A stretch of DNA of 64,000 bases from Marsupella aquatica (GCA_973895155.1 OZ316892.1:20647619-20711618), one strand, 5' to 3'. Shown: positions 11,460 to 25,900, numbered from the stretch's first letter. The notes: generated from the letters alone by a model not told the origin. Numbers and translations: made by a program.

Positions 11460-14400
11460 GGGGGATTGGGAGGACATTGACTTGTCTTCTAGTAATATTC
11501 CTCCATGGGATTCACATTCCCAACAGTGGGAGGAGGCTTGAGAGCATGCAGAAATTTGCATATTTGAGGGGTCCAAATTATCTTGACTTTCAACAATCAT
11601 ATTATTACTGAACTTGCAACAAAGATACGGAGCAAGCACCTTGCTTCTTGATGATATTTTCAAGACATTTCATGAGCGTGTGTTGCCAAAGGGAACATCA
11701 TTGTGGAAAGAGGCAAAGAAAGTGTTAAAGTCCATAGGACTCAAGTATAAAATCATATATGCTTGTGAGAATGATTATGTTTTCTTCAAGAAATAACACA
11801 AGGATATATGCATTGACATGTCCCACTTGCAACGCGCCAAGATATCGTGGGAATATATATGTTGACAGGAAAAATACCTCAAAAAGTTATGAGGTACTTT
11901 CCCCTTATTCATCATTTGTGTCACTAGTTTTGATGTGGGGAGTATATGGTGTGGCATCCCCAACATCTTTCACACATGAGTTTGGATCCACCTACCATGC
12001 ACATGATGGTTGACTCCCGTACAGACAAATTTGTGGAGGATTGTTTGGGTGATTTCAAGACTGATCCTCCTCATGTCCAACTTGGTTTGGTGTTAGATGG
12101 TATATATAAGCCTATTTGCAATGGCTAGCAAGGCCCAACCATACTCAGTATGGTCAGTAGTCCTCACTAACTACAACATCCCACCATGGATGGCCATGAA
12201 GAATGGTCATTTGATCATGTCCATGATTCTCCCTGGTCCTAAAAAAGTGAAGAAGATTGATGTATACTTGCAACCATTGATTGAGGAGTTGAAAGAGCTA
12301 TGGAGAGGAGTGGATTGTTATGATGGCCGAGTGCATACAAGACGCTTACCCTGTGAGTTTAAGATGAAGGTCATCCTTTAAGTCATGATCTTTCAGATAT
12401 GAATATGGATTTTTGGCACTTTCTTTTAAATTAGATTTACATATGGCTTTGCATGGTCTAGCTTTAAATGTATGCCCATTTTTAAATAATATGTGTCCCT
12501 TAGCTAGTTAGGTTGGTTTTAGAATGAACTTATTTTGAAATATTTGTGGTGTTTTGTTATCATTCTTGTTCAAAGATTTGGATATGTTTCTAGCTTGCAA
12601 ACTTTTGGATATCGAGCTTGCCCGACCTATGGACCCGATTTAGAGGGAGTGGGACGCCCAAAGTCTATCACCCTACGAAAGATAGTTTACATTGGTCATA
12701 CAGAGTGTTTTCCAAAAGAGCATGAATGGAGGTACATGATCCAGTTTTGTATGACATGTACTTGAGTCAACCAGACACACGACCTCAATAACCTCAACAA
12801 AAAGACCCAACATATTGGAAGGAGATATGGAAGAGGGTCATTGACCCAAATGACCCATTACCCTTGGCCAGAATGATGTGGAATGACTCGATTGTCAGCA
12901 TTGTCACAACTTCCATATTGGGTCACATGCCCATTAACCATATATTGGACCCTATGCACATTGAGGGAAATGTTGGGAGGTCATTGATCCAACATCTATA
13001 CTAACGGGGATAAAAACTGTAATGTAGTACATTAGTTAGAAATGATAGAAATTTTATAAATTTTGAACTTTTTCTAACTCAAAGGTGCAATCTAGTTACC
13101 TTTTGTAGTAATTTAGATCAATTGAACACTTTACCTAATGTTATGCTTTATCGAAGGCTATTGCCTATATTGGACAAGGATCGACAATATAAATCTTTGC
13201 TCTTTACATGGTACCAAGAAAGAAGACTGGACATCATTGGAGAAGCAATGCAGACTAGAATTCAAGAACCAGACTCCAAAACACTTCTTCAACAAGAATG
13301 AGCGCTGTATACAATTATCAAGATCAACCGATCTCAACTATTTTAGTTAAATAGCTAAAGTAGTCAAAAATGTCTCATACTTTCTCAGGAGGTAGTAGTT
13401 ATGTAGTAGAATCATCCTTGAAAGTTTCATCTCAAACCGATATGTGGTTTGAAAGTTCGAATTATTTTAGTTTTACTATTTTTAGCCTAGTCGCGACTTT
13501 ACCGACGCTTTGAAAAGTGTCCACCCAAGACCACGACGCTTTGAGAATCGTCCACATGAGAAGCGACGCCTTGAGAAGCATCTGTCCGTGTTTGACCACA
13601 AAGAAGAGCCGACGCTTTGTGAAGCGTCCACCAAAATCTCGGTACTCTAAATTTTTTTTGGTTTTCCACTTTTTATAATATTGCGACACTTTTACCAATT
13701 TATTTGAAGTACTTAGAAGTCTCTAAAAAGTTTGAAACTTTGCTAGCGTAGAGATTATACTTAGATGAGTACCTTGAAAAGTTTCACCTCATTCTGACTT
13801 TTAGTTTAGAAATTAAAATTCCGACAAGATCACTATTTATTAGTTTTACCGCAAACACCGACGCTTTGCAAAGCATCCGCTCAAACCTTGACTCTTTGAG
13901 AAGCGTCCCCTGCATTTTTGACACTTTCAGCAGTGTCCATTCACTTTTCAAAGATGATCGTCATTAAGTTTATTCAAGACCCTTTAGATATGAAACGACA
14001 TATCCTTTCAGTATCTCAGTCTCCTTGGGTTCCCACTAGCCTATATGAAGTAGAATTTGTGTCATTCTCAAGTGTGAAGAAATAAAGTCAGTTCCTGTGA
14101 CATGTGTTGCAGCACTAAATCACCTTTGCAAAGCTTTTGTGTGTTTTCATATGGTATGGAGCTTGCAAATGCAAATGAATTCTAGCTTCTCCCTTCCTTG
14201 GTCTGAATGATTGAGAGTTTAGATCATTGAAGTAAAATTATTTGTATGAAGTTGAATCTCAGAAGTATGACGAAATAGATTCCTTAAGTGGTGACAACCC
14301 ATCTTCTTGAGTTCTTGATGCATAGTTTTTGGCGTGACACTACTTGTGTATGGGATGCAAGATTGTTACTCACCAATTACCTGTGACTTCAATTTGATCA

Positions 14401-15130
14401 TGATGATGTTTATGGTTCGTGATGCAAAGTACCGATTGGATACAGAAGTGATTGATTACTAGTTTCTTCTGAGTACCTTTGGAAGGAAAAGTTGAGACAT
14501 GTTGACAGCATTTTAGTAATCATCCTAGTATAGTAATCCATTCCAGAAATGTTCTTACGGATTTATCACCCAAATCATATCAAATGAAGTATTGATAGGA
14601 AGATACCTCAAGATTCCATTGTGTTTTGTTATTTGTTTCCATTTTATTAATTGCATTTACAATGTTAAGCAAATATTCAAATCTATGTCTTGCTGAGCAA
14701 CCATAGTAAAAGGCTCAAACCTGTGTTTTTGTTACCTTAGTCATTCATAAGTCTTAAATGATAGAAAATCATTCCTTTCTTGTTCTTCCATGGGATCGAA
14801 TACCGAGTTTTGGGCATTAAATGCTGATTTATGTTCATTGTGCAATACTACAAAAACAACAATTGAAAAGATAGTTGTGAGGAGGCAGGATGCCTGGACT
14901 TCATGGTTTTTGGCCATCTATGGACGATCTTGATAATCCCCTTACTATCCATCCCCCATGGATTTTGATGAGGAGTGAGCACATAGAGTTTTACAAACAT
15001 ATAGGGTCAATGCGATTTTCTATAGGGTATGGTGCCAATCTCCGCAAGGGATTTGGTGGAGATGACTCTCCAAAATGGCTAGCTTTCTTGAATGCCCATG
15101 ATTATCATCATCTATTACAACATGCAACAT
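11460..15130 (+). pseudogene. CACTA Tnp2-family (Transposase_21-like) transposase, fragmented
   Basis: IYACENDYV, TCPTCNAPRY, QLGLVLDG, YSVWSVVLTNYNIPPWMAMK..LIMSMILPGPK...DVYLQPLIEELKELW, GYRACP, LDPMHIEGNV, AHDYHHLLQ. Confidence 0.85.
13003..14861. mobile_element. ~1.85-kb non-coding insertion in the CACTA transposase, possibly a solo LTR
   Basis: Transposase homology stops at ~13000 and resumes at ~14865; ends ...TACTACAAAAACAACA; no clean TSD; contains spaced GACGCTTnnnnAAGCGTC palindromes. Confidence 0.4.
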
Positions 15131-16129
15131 GTTATTCTAGTTTATGAATATTTGGGCAATAGAAAGTGTACACCTTGGGCCCCAGCTCCTTTCTAAAATA
15201 GGGAGGACAATTTTATCCTTTTTGTAGTAATTTTTATAATTACTTTACAATTAAGTAACCTCCAAATATATTCTTGAACCTCCTTCTAATTTTGCAAGAC
15301 CCTTTTAAATGTTCTTATTTTTATTTTTATGGAAGGGGGGATCAAAAGGTAACAACACGTGATATTACATTAGTGGTACATGTGTCCATACATGTGTTTT
15401 GTCAATATATGTTTGCATATATCAAAATGTATTAAATGCCCAAGGGAATGCCCAAATGCATACTAAGCCAAAAGGTACATCTTAGCTTGGGGGGTCATTT
15501 ACACTAATTTTGACATTATGTTTGAATGAAGTAAAGGGTATTTTATTTGTTTTAGGGATATAGTATATAGTAAGCTAATATATACCTTCATATCTTCTTC
15601 TTTAAAGGATAAGAGCACACATAAGACCCAATATATTCTAATTTTGTCTTGTTCAAATATGATTAAATTTGAGATAGGTACACTCTGCATGTTGTTTATC
15701 ATTCATCAATTATAATTTCTCTTATAGAAATGAAGGCAATAAGATGTGAAATACTATATTCATGTTCTAATAGAAATAAATATTTTTCTATTATCTTGGG
15801 AAGTTTTAAAATTTGATTTAGATTGCAACCGATTCATGATGTTGGTCCATTTTTGGGTCAGATTTATTGGGGACCTCAATATGACTATGGTAAGGACAAC
15901 AATGATGAAGAAACTCTCTAGAGTGAGCAGATCTGGTACTGGACATTTGACACCTATGATAGGAATGATGGTTAATTCAAGAGTTAAAGAAAGTTAAAGA
16001 AAGTTCTAGTGGATGTGGTTTAAGAGTCATAGTTGGATGCTATGGTTCTTGGTGTAGAGGCAAGTGTGGAGATGTCGGATGCCGAATTAGGAAGTAGTAG
16101 TTAACTAGAGTTAAATTGGAGTAACCCAA

Positions 16130-19072
16130 GTATGGTGATCAAGAGCCGGAACCACCAGTGGAGATCCAGCAGGTCATCGATCCTTAGTGGCATGGAGGTT
16201 TGAGACTCGCCCAATTGGAAGAGACTCTTGATCTGACCCTCAGGAATCGCATGGAGGTAGTCAAGAAGGAACATTTCAGGAAAGTTCAGTTGGAAAATTC
16301 CAAGGAGTTCTACATTGGTAATGCCTTTGAACCAGATCAAGAGAAGGAAATCCAAGAACTCTTGAGTCAGTATACTGATATATTTGCTTGAAAACATACT
16401 GATATCATGGGCATAGATAAGAAGCTAGGAGAGTTACGCATTGATCTTCAACCCGAGGCTCAACCCACTCGTCAGCGACAATATAGGTTGAATCCCAAAT
16501 ACTCGTTGCTAGTGAAGGAGGAGATAGATAAATTGTTGGAGGTAGAATTCATCTACCCACTTGCTACTAGTGATTGGGTGTCTCCTATTGTGATAGTTCC
16601 AAAGAAAACAAGATTGGATGGACAGACTAAGATTCGGGTATATCAGGATTTCAAGAAATTGAATGATGCAACTAGGAAGGACTACTTTCCGATTCCCTTC
16701 ACTGACATGGTATTGGATATTGTGGCTGGCTGGGAAATTTATACTTTCCTAGATGGCCACTCTGGCTACAATGAGATTTGGATTCGACAAGAGGATCAAT
16801 TGAAGACTGCATTCATTACGGAGTGGGGCGTCTTTGCCTTCAGGCGGATACCGTTTGGACTATGTAATGCACCAGGGGCATTCCAAAGAATTATCATGAC
16901 TATCTTTCATGATTTTCTAAGGAAGTTCCTAGAGGTATTTATTGATGACTTTGCAGTCTATGGGAATAAGCAGGATCATGTGGAGAATCTGAGACTCACT
17001 TTTCAGAGATGTAGAGATCTCTGACTCAAGCTGCATCCAGGCAAGTGCATCTTTGGAGTACAAGGTACACTCCTTGGTCACAGAGTTTCAAAAAGGGGGA
17101 TTGAGGTAGATCCCGAGAAGGTGAGTGTTTGGCAAGCAATAAAGTTTCCAACTAACACCACGAGAGTGAAAGGTTTCCTCGGATGCCTTAATGACTACCG
17201 CAAATTCATCAAGGACTTTGCACAGATTGCTCTACCCATCACTTCAATGTTGAAAGCAGGAGCTGATTTTGAACCAACCGCGGAGAGGCTTGAGAGTTTT
17301 AATCAGCTAAAGAACAAGTTGTTGGAGACTCCAGTGCTGAAGGCACCTGATTGGAGCAAGGAATTTCCTGTATTTGCGGATGTATTAGGATTTTGCATTG
17401 GAGTAGTATTGAGTCAACTAGATGATCAAGCAAGAGATCATCCGATATATTTTGCTAGTAGACTACTCATGGTAGCGGAGAAAAATTACTCAGCTACTAA
17501 TAGGGTCCAAGCTTTGGGAATCATTTATGCATGTAAGAAGTTCAGGCACTATCTGTTGAGGTACAAGGTGATTTCCCATACAGACCATAATGCCATGAAG
17601 TATATGGTGAACAAGCCTGATTTGACTAGCCGGATAGCCAGGTGGGTTTTGTTGTTACAGGAGTTCAATTATGAGGTCCGAGTGAGACCAGGAAAGAAGC
17701 ATGCGAATGCCGATTTCTTCTCTCGCATCAACGGACAGCCCACAGATGAACCGATAACATATCAGTTCCCTGATGAAGCTGTGTTGTACCAGATTTCAAC
17801 TTTGGAGCAAACTTGGTATGTTGATATTTTCAGGTACCTCACAACCGGCAGGGTATCGGAGTCTTTGAATGCTGAGGAAGCTGCTATATTTCTAAGGAAG
17901 GCAGCACCATAGATGCTGCTCAACAATGTTCTTCACAAGCAAGGAGCGTACAACACCATCCGTAGATGCTTGGAGGAGAACCAGATCCATGTGGTGATGA
18001 GGGCACTACATGAGGAGGAAGCAGGAGGAAACTATGATGCCATTGTGATGTCAAGAAAAATCTTGGATACAGGGTACTGATGGCTGACACTGCACCGTGA
18101 TGTAGCGGTGTTCATTCGAGGCTGTGATGCGTGCCAGTGAGTCGGAAAGCCCAAGATGTTGCAGCATCACCCTTTGAATCCAATCTTGCCACTAGCACCA
18201 TTTGAAAAGTAGGGAATTAATCTCATGGGACCCATCACACCCTTGACCCAGAGGATAAGATGCAGGTACAGCATCCTGGCCACTAACTATGCTACCAGGT
18301 GGGTCGAGGCTCTACCAACTATGAAGAATGATGCTGCGACTACAGCAAAATTTTTGTATGAACAGATCTTCATTTGATTTGGATCACCATTGGAACTGGT
18401 CAGTGACAGAGGCACTCATTTTCTGAATGAGGTAATTGAGGAGATGACTGCCAATTACTTGGTGAAGCACCGAGAGACAACACCGTATCATCCGAAGGCC
18501 AATGGCCTGACTGAGCGAGCTAATGGTATCATTGGTCGCATCCTCAACACCACGGTAGTCAATCACAAGAGTGATTGGGACTACAAACTGTATTCTGTTG
18601 TGTATTCATACAACCTTGCCTTCAAGACTACAACAGGAAAAACCCCTATTATCTTGTTTTTGGCCATAATACAGTTGTACCAGTGGAATTTGTAGTACCA
18701 ACACGGACAACTCTATCCAAGGACAGAATGCCAGAAGGCAGCAGCCAGCAAGAGCAAGCCTATCAGTTGGAGCTACTGGAAGAGACGAGAGAAGAAGCAG
18801 CAGAGACATTGGCAAAGTAGCAGGATTGCAACAAGAAGTACCATGATAAGAAGGTGATGCCTGTGAACATTGTCAATGGTGATTTGGTGCTACTGTTTGA
18901 TAGTAGGATAAAGCATTTTCCAGGGAAGCTCCATACTCGCTGGTTGGGCCCATATGTGGTCAAGCAGATTTTTGACAATGGTTCAGTGGAAGTCATCACT
19001 ATTACTGGGGACGTATACCCGATCCGAGTACACTATGATCGGTTGAAGAAGTATTTTGAACAGGGAGACTGA
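16130..19072 (+). pseudogene. Gypsy pol (RT, RNase H, integrase) with stops and frameshifts
   Basis: ORFs 16407-17024 (RT, FIDD), 17121-17912 (RNase H), 18390-18695 and 18854-19072 (integrase, WLGPY); collinear with the 2132-aa polyprotein. Confidence 0.93.
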
Positions 19073-19110
19073 GTGTTTGCACAGACGCTGCACACTTGAG
19101 AGGGGAGCTA

Positions 19111-21059
19111 TGTCGGATGCCTAATTAGGAAGTAGTGGTTAACTAGAGTTAAACTGGAGTAACTATAGTTAGAAGTAATCGCAGTTAGAAGTAAAGTAGG
19201 GTTAAGCGGTGAAAACAGATGCATAGTAAGTGGTAGAAGGTTGAGACAACTTAGCATGGAGTGTCAAGCGGACTTAGGTACAATGAAGTTAGGTTAACAT
19301 TTATTAGGTTAGCATTGGTAGTTTTAGTAATTTGTCTACAATTGAACAGATGGCCTACTTAGCAGAATTATAGAAAAGTCTTAGAGTAGAATTAGACCTG
19401 GAAACCTGGCCAGTATGTAGTCTTAGGTTCACTAAACATACCAGCAAAATTTTGGAGGAAACAGAGGTTGGAGCACGACACTGGAGATTTACGAAACAAG
19501 GATTTTGTTAAAGGAACACTTAAATGGTGTACCGTAGAGGTAAATTGCGGGTTCTGAGTACAAACCGTGCTACGGAAGTTTCCCTGGAACCTAGGTGTCA
19601 CCATAGGGGTTCTCCTCATAAGGACACACAGTCCAGGGACACTCTACGTAACGGCCAAGGGAGGGCAATAGGATTTCAGCAACAATTCAGGAATGGCAGC
19701 CGAGTGCAATTAAGAGAAATTGAAATCTGCCATAAGGACAACAAATTTGACTCGTAAAAACTGGGGGAAACATAGGAATTTGTTGAAATTGAGGCATGAA
19801 GGGATAATGAACGGAAGCTTGCTAAGGGGGGGAAATCTATGGTGCTGAGGGAGATAAGGAAATCTAATCCTCTCAGGCAGTGTCGTTGCTGCAATGAGGA
19901 TTAGCTTTGCATTGTAGTGTAGAACAATTTTGGGCAGTGTGAATCGAGAGAATAGTTGCATGCCGCTGAGAGCTAGGGAATTAGGAATTGCTACATTGAG
20001 CTTCCTGCTTGCTGGCCTGACGTGAGGAGCTGCTACACTGGAGCTTGTCCTGCTACATCGAAGGCCGATGGTCTTAAGCTGTGGATGGAGATTGCTGCCA
20101 TGGGGGCTCAGGAAGGGGACTAGCAGACTAGTTTGTGCTGCTTGACTAAGTAGCAGCTTTGGGCCAATGAAGAGCACCAGGAGAAGAGCTCCTTGCTGCT
20201 TACTCAAGAGTTTATGTTGTGCTGCTGCTCCAACTTCTACTTGGAGCTTGTTGTTGATAAGAGCTATAGAGTTCATAGTTATGGAGGAATGTTGTTGCCT
20301 TCGCTGTTGCTAAGCTATGGGGATTGAAAGGGGAGAAGCTGAGAGCTGCCTCCTCACTTGTTCACTTGCACATTCTCTTGAAGGCTGAAGGCTTGGGGGT
20401 TGAGATCTCACTTAGACAGAGATAGCATTGGCTTGAGGCACTAGAGAGAGTGGATAGGGGACTAGTCCACTAGGTAGATAGCAAGGAGAGGATAGGGGGA
20501 AGTGTTGTGATCTAATCTTGTACCATTCCTTGTAGTAAAGGCTCATGCGAAAGCCTCAATCTTGAAGTGTCTATCCAATGATTATTTGAATCCAGTGAGT
20601 ATGTATGCAAGCTCTGGTGTGACTCAACCCAAGGGGGGTGAAACTTGAAGCCAGGGAACAATGGAGGAACCAAACACTTGCCTTGTTTAGATAGGATGTG
20701 ACGGTCCTAAAGTTCTTGGTGAAGTAAGCAGAGGAAACTCTTGCAGTGGCAGCCACATTGGGAGTTTGTGGGGACAGCTTGTGGGTCTGCACTTACCGTG
20801 TTGTGATTGGAAGTGGGAGGTGTAAGTATTTTCCAGTGGGAAAACAATGGAGTGATAGCCACCCCTCAAGGTTATCTTTCCAGCAGTGAAAAGAAAACTA
20901 TCTGGTTGGGTGTGTGGGTGAGTAAGAAGTAAATTCGAGAGTAGAAGACCTTCTGTCTTGCTATTTTCCCGTCCTAGGAACTCGGACAATAATAAGAAGG
21001 GGCATAAGTGGATGAATTAGCTCTAGTGGAGGGTTAAGCCCCATTGCAAGGTGTTGACA
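19111..21059 (+). repeat. 3' LTR (~1.95 kb) of the decayed Gypsy
   Basis: Follows the PPT and starts TGT; right end at GACA inferred from resumption of CACTA-like sequence. Confidence 0.65.
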
Positions 21060-21581
21060 AGAGGGAATATAGAGTGTGGTCTCAGTTCGGAAATCATATG
21101 ATTTGTTGGATGTCAGCCTCCAATTGTCCCATCACATTTGTACAATCATTTTTTTTGGCAATTCAAACACAATGGCCAATACTCTTAAGTGAGGCCATAA
21201 ATAAGGATGTACTTTTGATGGCAGAAATCATACTTGGGGGTTTTAGTTTCACAAAAATGACCCATCAGAAGATGTGGAAGATGATTGAATTTGTATTATC
21301 CAAATAGACAAAGTTTTTCATTAGTAGAACATAAATAAAAATATATCCTTGTTATCACCACTTATATTATATTTTCTCCATCGTTAAATCCGTTTGAATG
21401 CACTAAAATTTAAAATCTATAAAGTGTAAATATTATTGCCCAAAATTATTTATTATAACATACTCAAGACACATAAAAAATAGCAAAAATATAATTTTTA
21501 TAAAAAACAAGGTTAGGGTCTCAATGTGAGAAAAATAATAAGCAGGGGTACTAGGGGAAGGTAGGCTCATAGGTATATATG

Positions 21582-22700
21582 TGTCGGATGCCAAAGTTTA
21601 GTAGTAGTTGTCAACTAGAGTTAAAAAGTTACATAACTATAGTTAGAAATAATCACGATTAACAACAAAATAGAGTTAAAAGAAAAAATATGCATAATAA
21701 GTAATAGAAGGACAAGACAAATAGAAGACGACTAGGTAGGTAATGCCAATATAGGTGAGATAGGCCTTGATTAGGCTAAGAAAAAGTGGGTTAAGTTGAG
21801 TAACTTAAACACTTATAATGCAAGAGATAACAAATAACCCACTTTTCTCATTTATGAAAAAGTCTCAAGATAGAGTTAGGGTTTGAAGTTCAAAGCATGG
21901 ATAGTATTAGGTTTAGGTAACGCACTGGCAAATTTTTAGCCCAAATGAAGGTCTGAATAGTGAATAAGAAAATATGAGAAATTAGGGATTTGTGACAATA
22001 ATTCAAGTAAAGCAATGAAAAATATGCTATAAGGGTTAGTGAAGAAGGTCACCACTTGAACCCTTTATATAAAGACAAGATACAAATGGACTTACATAGT
22101 ATGTGAGATAGTGAATGGAAGTAAATTTGGAAGATCATATTCGGCATTTAAGGGGAAGAGAAACATGATCTTCCAAAATTTACATATCATTTAAGGGGAA
22201 GAGAAGTATCTAATAAGGATAAGTAAGGTTGACTCTTAAAAATTGAGATCTCATATGTAGCAGTTTAATTTCAGGCATGATTAGATAAGAAGGATTGAAA
22301 GATGGTTGGCAAGATTTTTGTGGTGCTGATGGCAAGGCTGCTTCAATTGAATTGAATGCTGTTGAATGTAGTTTGCTACTGTCATTCAATTGTTGTTGTT
22401 TAGTGTTATTCAATGTTGTGAGAAAAGCCAAAGTATTGCTTCACTATTGTTTTGATTGAATTTTGTGTTGCATTAGAGAAATTCTACTAGCTAGACGTAG
22501 TGTTATGCTGGGAGGTGAAACAATAGAATGTTACGCTACTATTTAGAGTTAGAATATTATTTGGAGAAGACGCTACTAATCGATATTGTCATGAGATTTC
22601 ATTTAGAAGGCTAAAATCTATATTGTATTATTTGAGCTTATGTGAAAAGGATTTTTACTTTAAAGCTTCACATTAGTACTATTAGAGTATATATATTATA
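21582..22700 (+). repeat. Older truncated or solo LTR related to the 19111 LTR
   Basis: Begins TGTCGGATGCC..GTAGTAGTTG..AACTAGAGTTAAA..TAACTATAGTTAGAA, similar to 19111 onward; right end approximate. Confidence 0.6.
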
Positions 22701-22736
22701 TTTGATATATGCATAGTGTTTATTCTATAATGATAC

Positions 22737-22932
22737 ACAATAATTTCACCAATTACTCATAGTAGTTTATCTAACTAAGCATAGTAATTTCATCAATTAT
22801 GCATAGTAGTTCCACCAATTATGCATAGTAGTTTGATCAACTACGTATAATAGTTCCCACCAACTACGTATAGTACTTTCACCAACTACGTATAGTGGTT
22901 CCATCAATTACGCACAATAGTTTCACCAATTG
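22737..22932. repeat. 22-bp minisatellite (ATAGTAGTTTCACCAATTACGC-like), about 9 copies
   Basis: Degenerate tandem units read directly. Confidence 0.8.
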
Positions 22933-25900
22933 TGAATTACTAGCACACTTGTAGGTACTTGATGTTTGCCACTTGGCTTCCATCCAAGAGCCTAGGCATT
23001 AATCAATGTCATCATGAAAAGCACAAAGGAACACTATAAATAAAGTAAAGAGAAGCACACTCTCATCATTTGCATTATTTGATCTATCATGTTGTCGCAA
23101 CATTGTAAGGAACTCTTTCTCTTTTGTGCACATATCTTGTTTGTTATTTATATCCATGTTTGGGTACTAATTTGATTATTGGTCTTAGAATTATTTTACA
23201 TTTTATATTTATTAGTCTTGAGATTAATTTAGAGTAATTATAATGAATCTCGGGAGTCTCACTACATGAGGACCTCCCCATCACCTGCGATGTTTTTAGG
23301 CCTTGGATCCCCCTAAAATGTAAGAATAAATAAATATTTTTAAACCCCTATTTTCTTGGAATATTCCAAAAATTGGATAAAAAGGCCCTAATATTCTTAT
23401 AAGTCTCAAAATTGAATTTAAAAGACATTATTGTTCTTCTACAAAAATTCTTAAGTCTTCCTTTACAACCAATAAAATGACCATATTCTTCATCGCACGT
23501 GATATACCATTTATGTGGAAGTGAAATCCCCGAGTAATGAATAATATGATAAATGGAGTACCTAGAGTTCATCATGCATCTATAATGCCATTTGTTAATC
23601 TTTTCTTAATTAAAATTCATTGTCTTAGCAAGCATACCATGAGAATACATCTTATTTATCATTTTGAGTTTGAGTTAATGAAAATTATTATGAATAACAA
23701 TACATCATTTGTATACCCGATTGTTATTTATGAAAATGAATGAAATGTAACTATTTTTATTTTATATTAGATGTATTTTAGTAGACAACCTATATATGTA
23801 CTAGAGTTAGATTTGAATAGGCTTCCTAGTAATATATCTGATTTTTTTTAATCTATTGACATTAAAGTTGTATGTCGCAAGAAAGTTAATTGTAGAAATA
23901 TTCTAGTTAGAAAATATGGAGATGAAAGATAGAATGTCATGCTTAGTATGTTGGAGCCTGTGATTATATCATCTATGATGAATTTTAAGATCATAGTCTT
24001 TGTTTTCTATAATTGACTTATCTAATTGTAGGATTCTTTGAGAATTGTAATCCATGACTTGATGTGAGAAATAAGTTATGTGGAAAGAAGATAGGCTAAT
24101 TCGAGGCTAAGTATGAAGAAGTTGCTCATCGTAGAATGGGACAAAGACTGTGAGATATTTTAGAGGATAATGATGAGAAAAATTAATCAAAATGGAGAAT
24201 CACAAGGATAATATGAAGTGAGAAAATACATACTTTGAAAAGGTTTCTTCCAAGATAGGAAAAACAAGAGCTCGATGTTTTCCAAGAACTAAAAATTCCC
24301 CCGATAATAGACTCAAAACGGGGTTTAAGGTTGGATCGCTTTGGGGGCCAAGGGCTTGGTTTGGCCGGGGTCAAGAATTAGGGTTAGAATTATACATTAG
24401 AAAATATTAGGGCAAATTAGGGTGAAAAATTACGGTTCCAAAGGCGAAGATGAGCTTGAAAGGGAGTATGGCCATTAGCATAAAAGGGAGAACTTTCACT
24501 AATCACCTTGATAGTTTCACACTTGCATTTTATAGAGAAGTTAAAAAACCGATAGATTTTGGTGTAAATTTGTGGTCTTATTTTGTGCATGTTATTCATA
24601 TTATTTGAATTATAAAAAAAGAAGATTTTTTAATTAATTACCTTAACAATTTCACATCAATTTTTGCTTCTTTGTCACTTTGTTAAAATTCCTTACATGC
24701 TCTATGAGTGTTTTGAGCACTCTTTAGTGCATTGAGAGCAACAAAATCTGGTTCATCTTCCTTGTTCAAATATTTTGTCATCACTTCTAACACTTGCATA
24801 TACTATACATTATAAGCAGTGATCATGTTTCCCTTCACTAGACTGATACGTGGGGAATGAATAAAAGCTCACAAACCTTTCAATGATAGAGGTTTCCATA
24901 ATTACCCTAAAAATCATTAGTCATTTTTGTTATTATTTATTTCACGATATTCGGGCTATGCGTTTTATATTTTTATTGTCTTTGAATATAACCAACAATA
25001 AAAGAGAAAAATAATATTTGTGGAATATTGCAGACCAAACTGAAGCTCCAAGCATCCACACAAAAATATTGTTTTCTTTTAAAGTTGATATATTCTTACT
25101 TTGACATATATGACATGGTCTAAGTTATGATTTAACAATCATTTATTGATCAAATAAAAATTTTCAATATGAACATATGGATTCCTCTATCATTACAAGT
25201 ATTTCACTCAATGGACAAAGGATACTAAATTATTAAAGAATTATCATATAAAATACTACAAACCAAACCGAGGCTCCAAATGTGCGCATACAAATATACT
25301 TTTATATCCCTCCATTTAACACTAGACTTATTAAAAAACAAACATGAAAATAATTTAAAATTTCAATTAAACAAACATATATAAAATACAAGTTTTTTTT
25401 AAAAGACCAAAAACACATATTAAAGCAAAATTATTCCAAGAACATGTCTGCAAAGCTTCTTCCTTGTCTCTGTAAAAATATCATCAAATCTCACAAAAAA
25501 AAATTTAGTCTCTCTCTCCATTGGAAATCTTCACAATGCACTTTTCATAGGGGACACATTCATTACATTACTTCTTGGAGAATCCTCTTCACCAGACTTG
25601 TCATCCCACTATCTATTTATCATGTTGGGATCTTTGTTTTTTGACAAAAATGTTCTCCATATTCTCTTTCTTAACATTACAAGAATCTAATATACATTTT
25701 TAGAGTAAAGTCATCCTAGAAAATTGCGTACCTTGCCCATTTAGAGGAATAATCCAATTTGCAGTAGACATAAAAATCTCAGACTTGATCATATAAGTAA
25801 GGGTGGATAAAAGAGTAGCAACAAGAGATCTGTCAAATTTATATTTATTTCACACATACATTCTTTCACCCATGTTTTTATTAGTTAAAGTTACCATGAT

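Larger units (their letters stand above)
16073..21059 (+). mobile_element. Decayed Ty3/Gypsy element related to the intact one; most of the 5' LTR, gag and protease deleted
   Basis: TGTCGGATGCC..GGAGTAAC at both 16073 and 19111; PPT GAGAGGGGAGCTA at 19098-19110; probable end GTTGACA at 21059; flanks GGAGA/AGAGG (3/5 match). Confidence 0.85.
9900..21350 (+). mobile_element. CACTA/EnSpm transposon remnant interrupted by later insertions
   Basis: Tnp2-type transposase fragments from 11460 to 16072, apparently resuming after 21060; termini not identified. Confidence 0.7.

Noticed and set aside
13500-13940. CRISPR-like palindromic repeats with spacers
   Set aside because: Repeats degenerate, spacers too short (~11 nt), no cas genes, eukaryotic context.
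19710-20276. 188-aa minus-strand ORF in the decayed Gypsy LTR
   Set aside because: Antisense, low-complexity (CAG-rich) and without visible similarity to the 618-aa protein.
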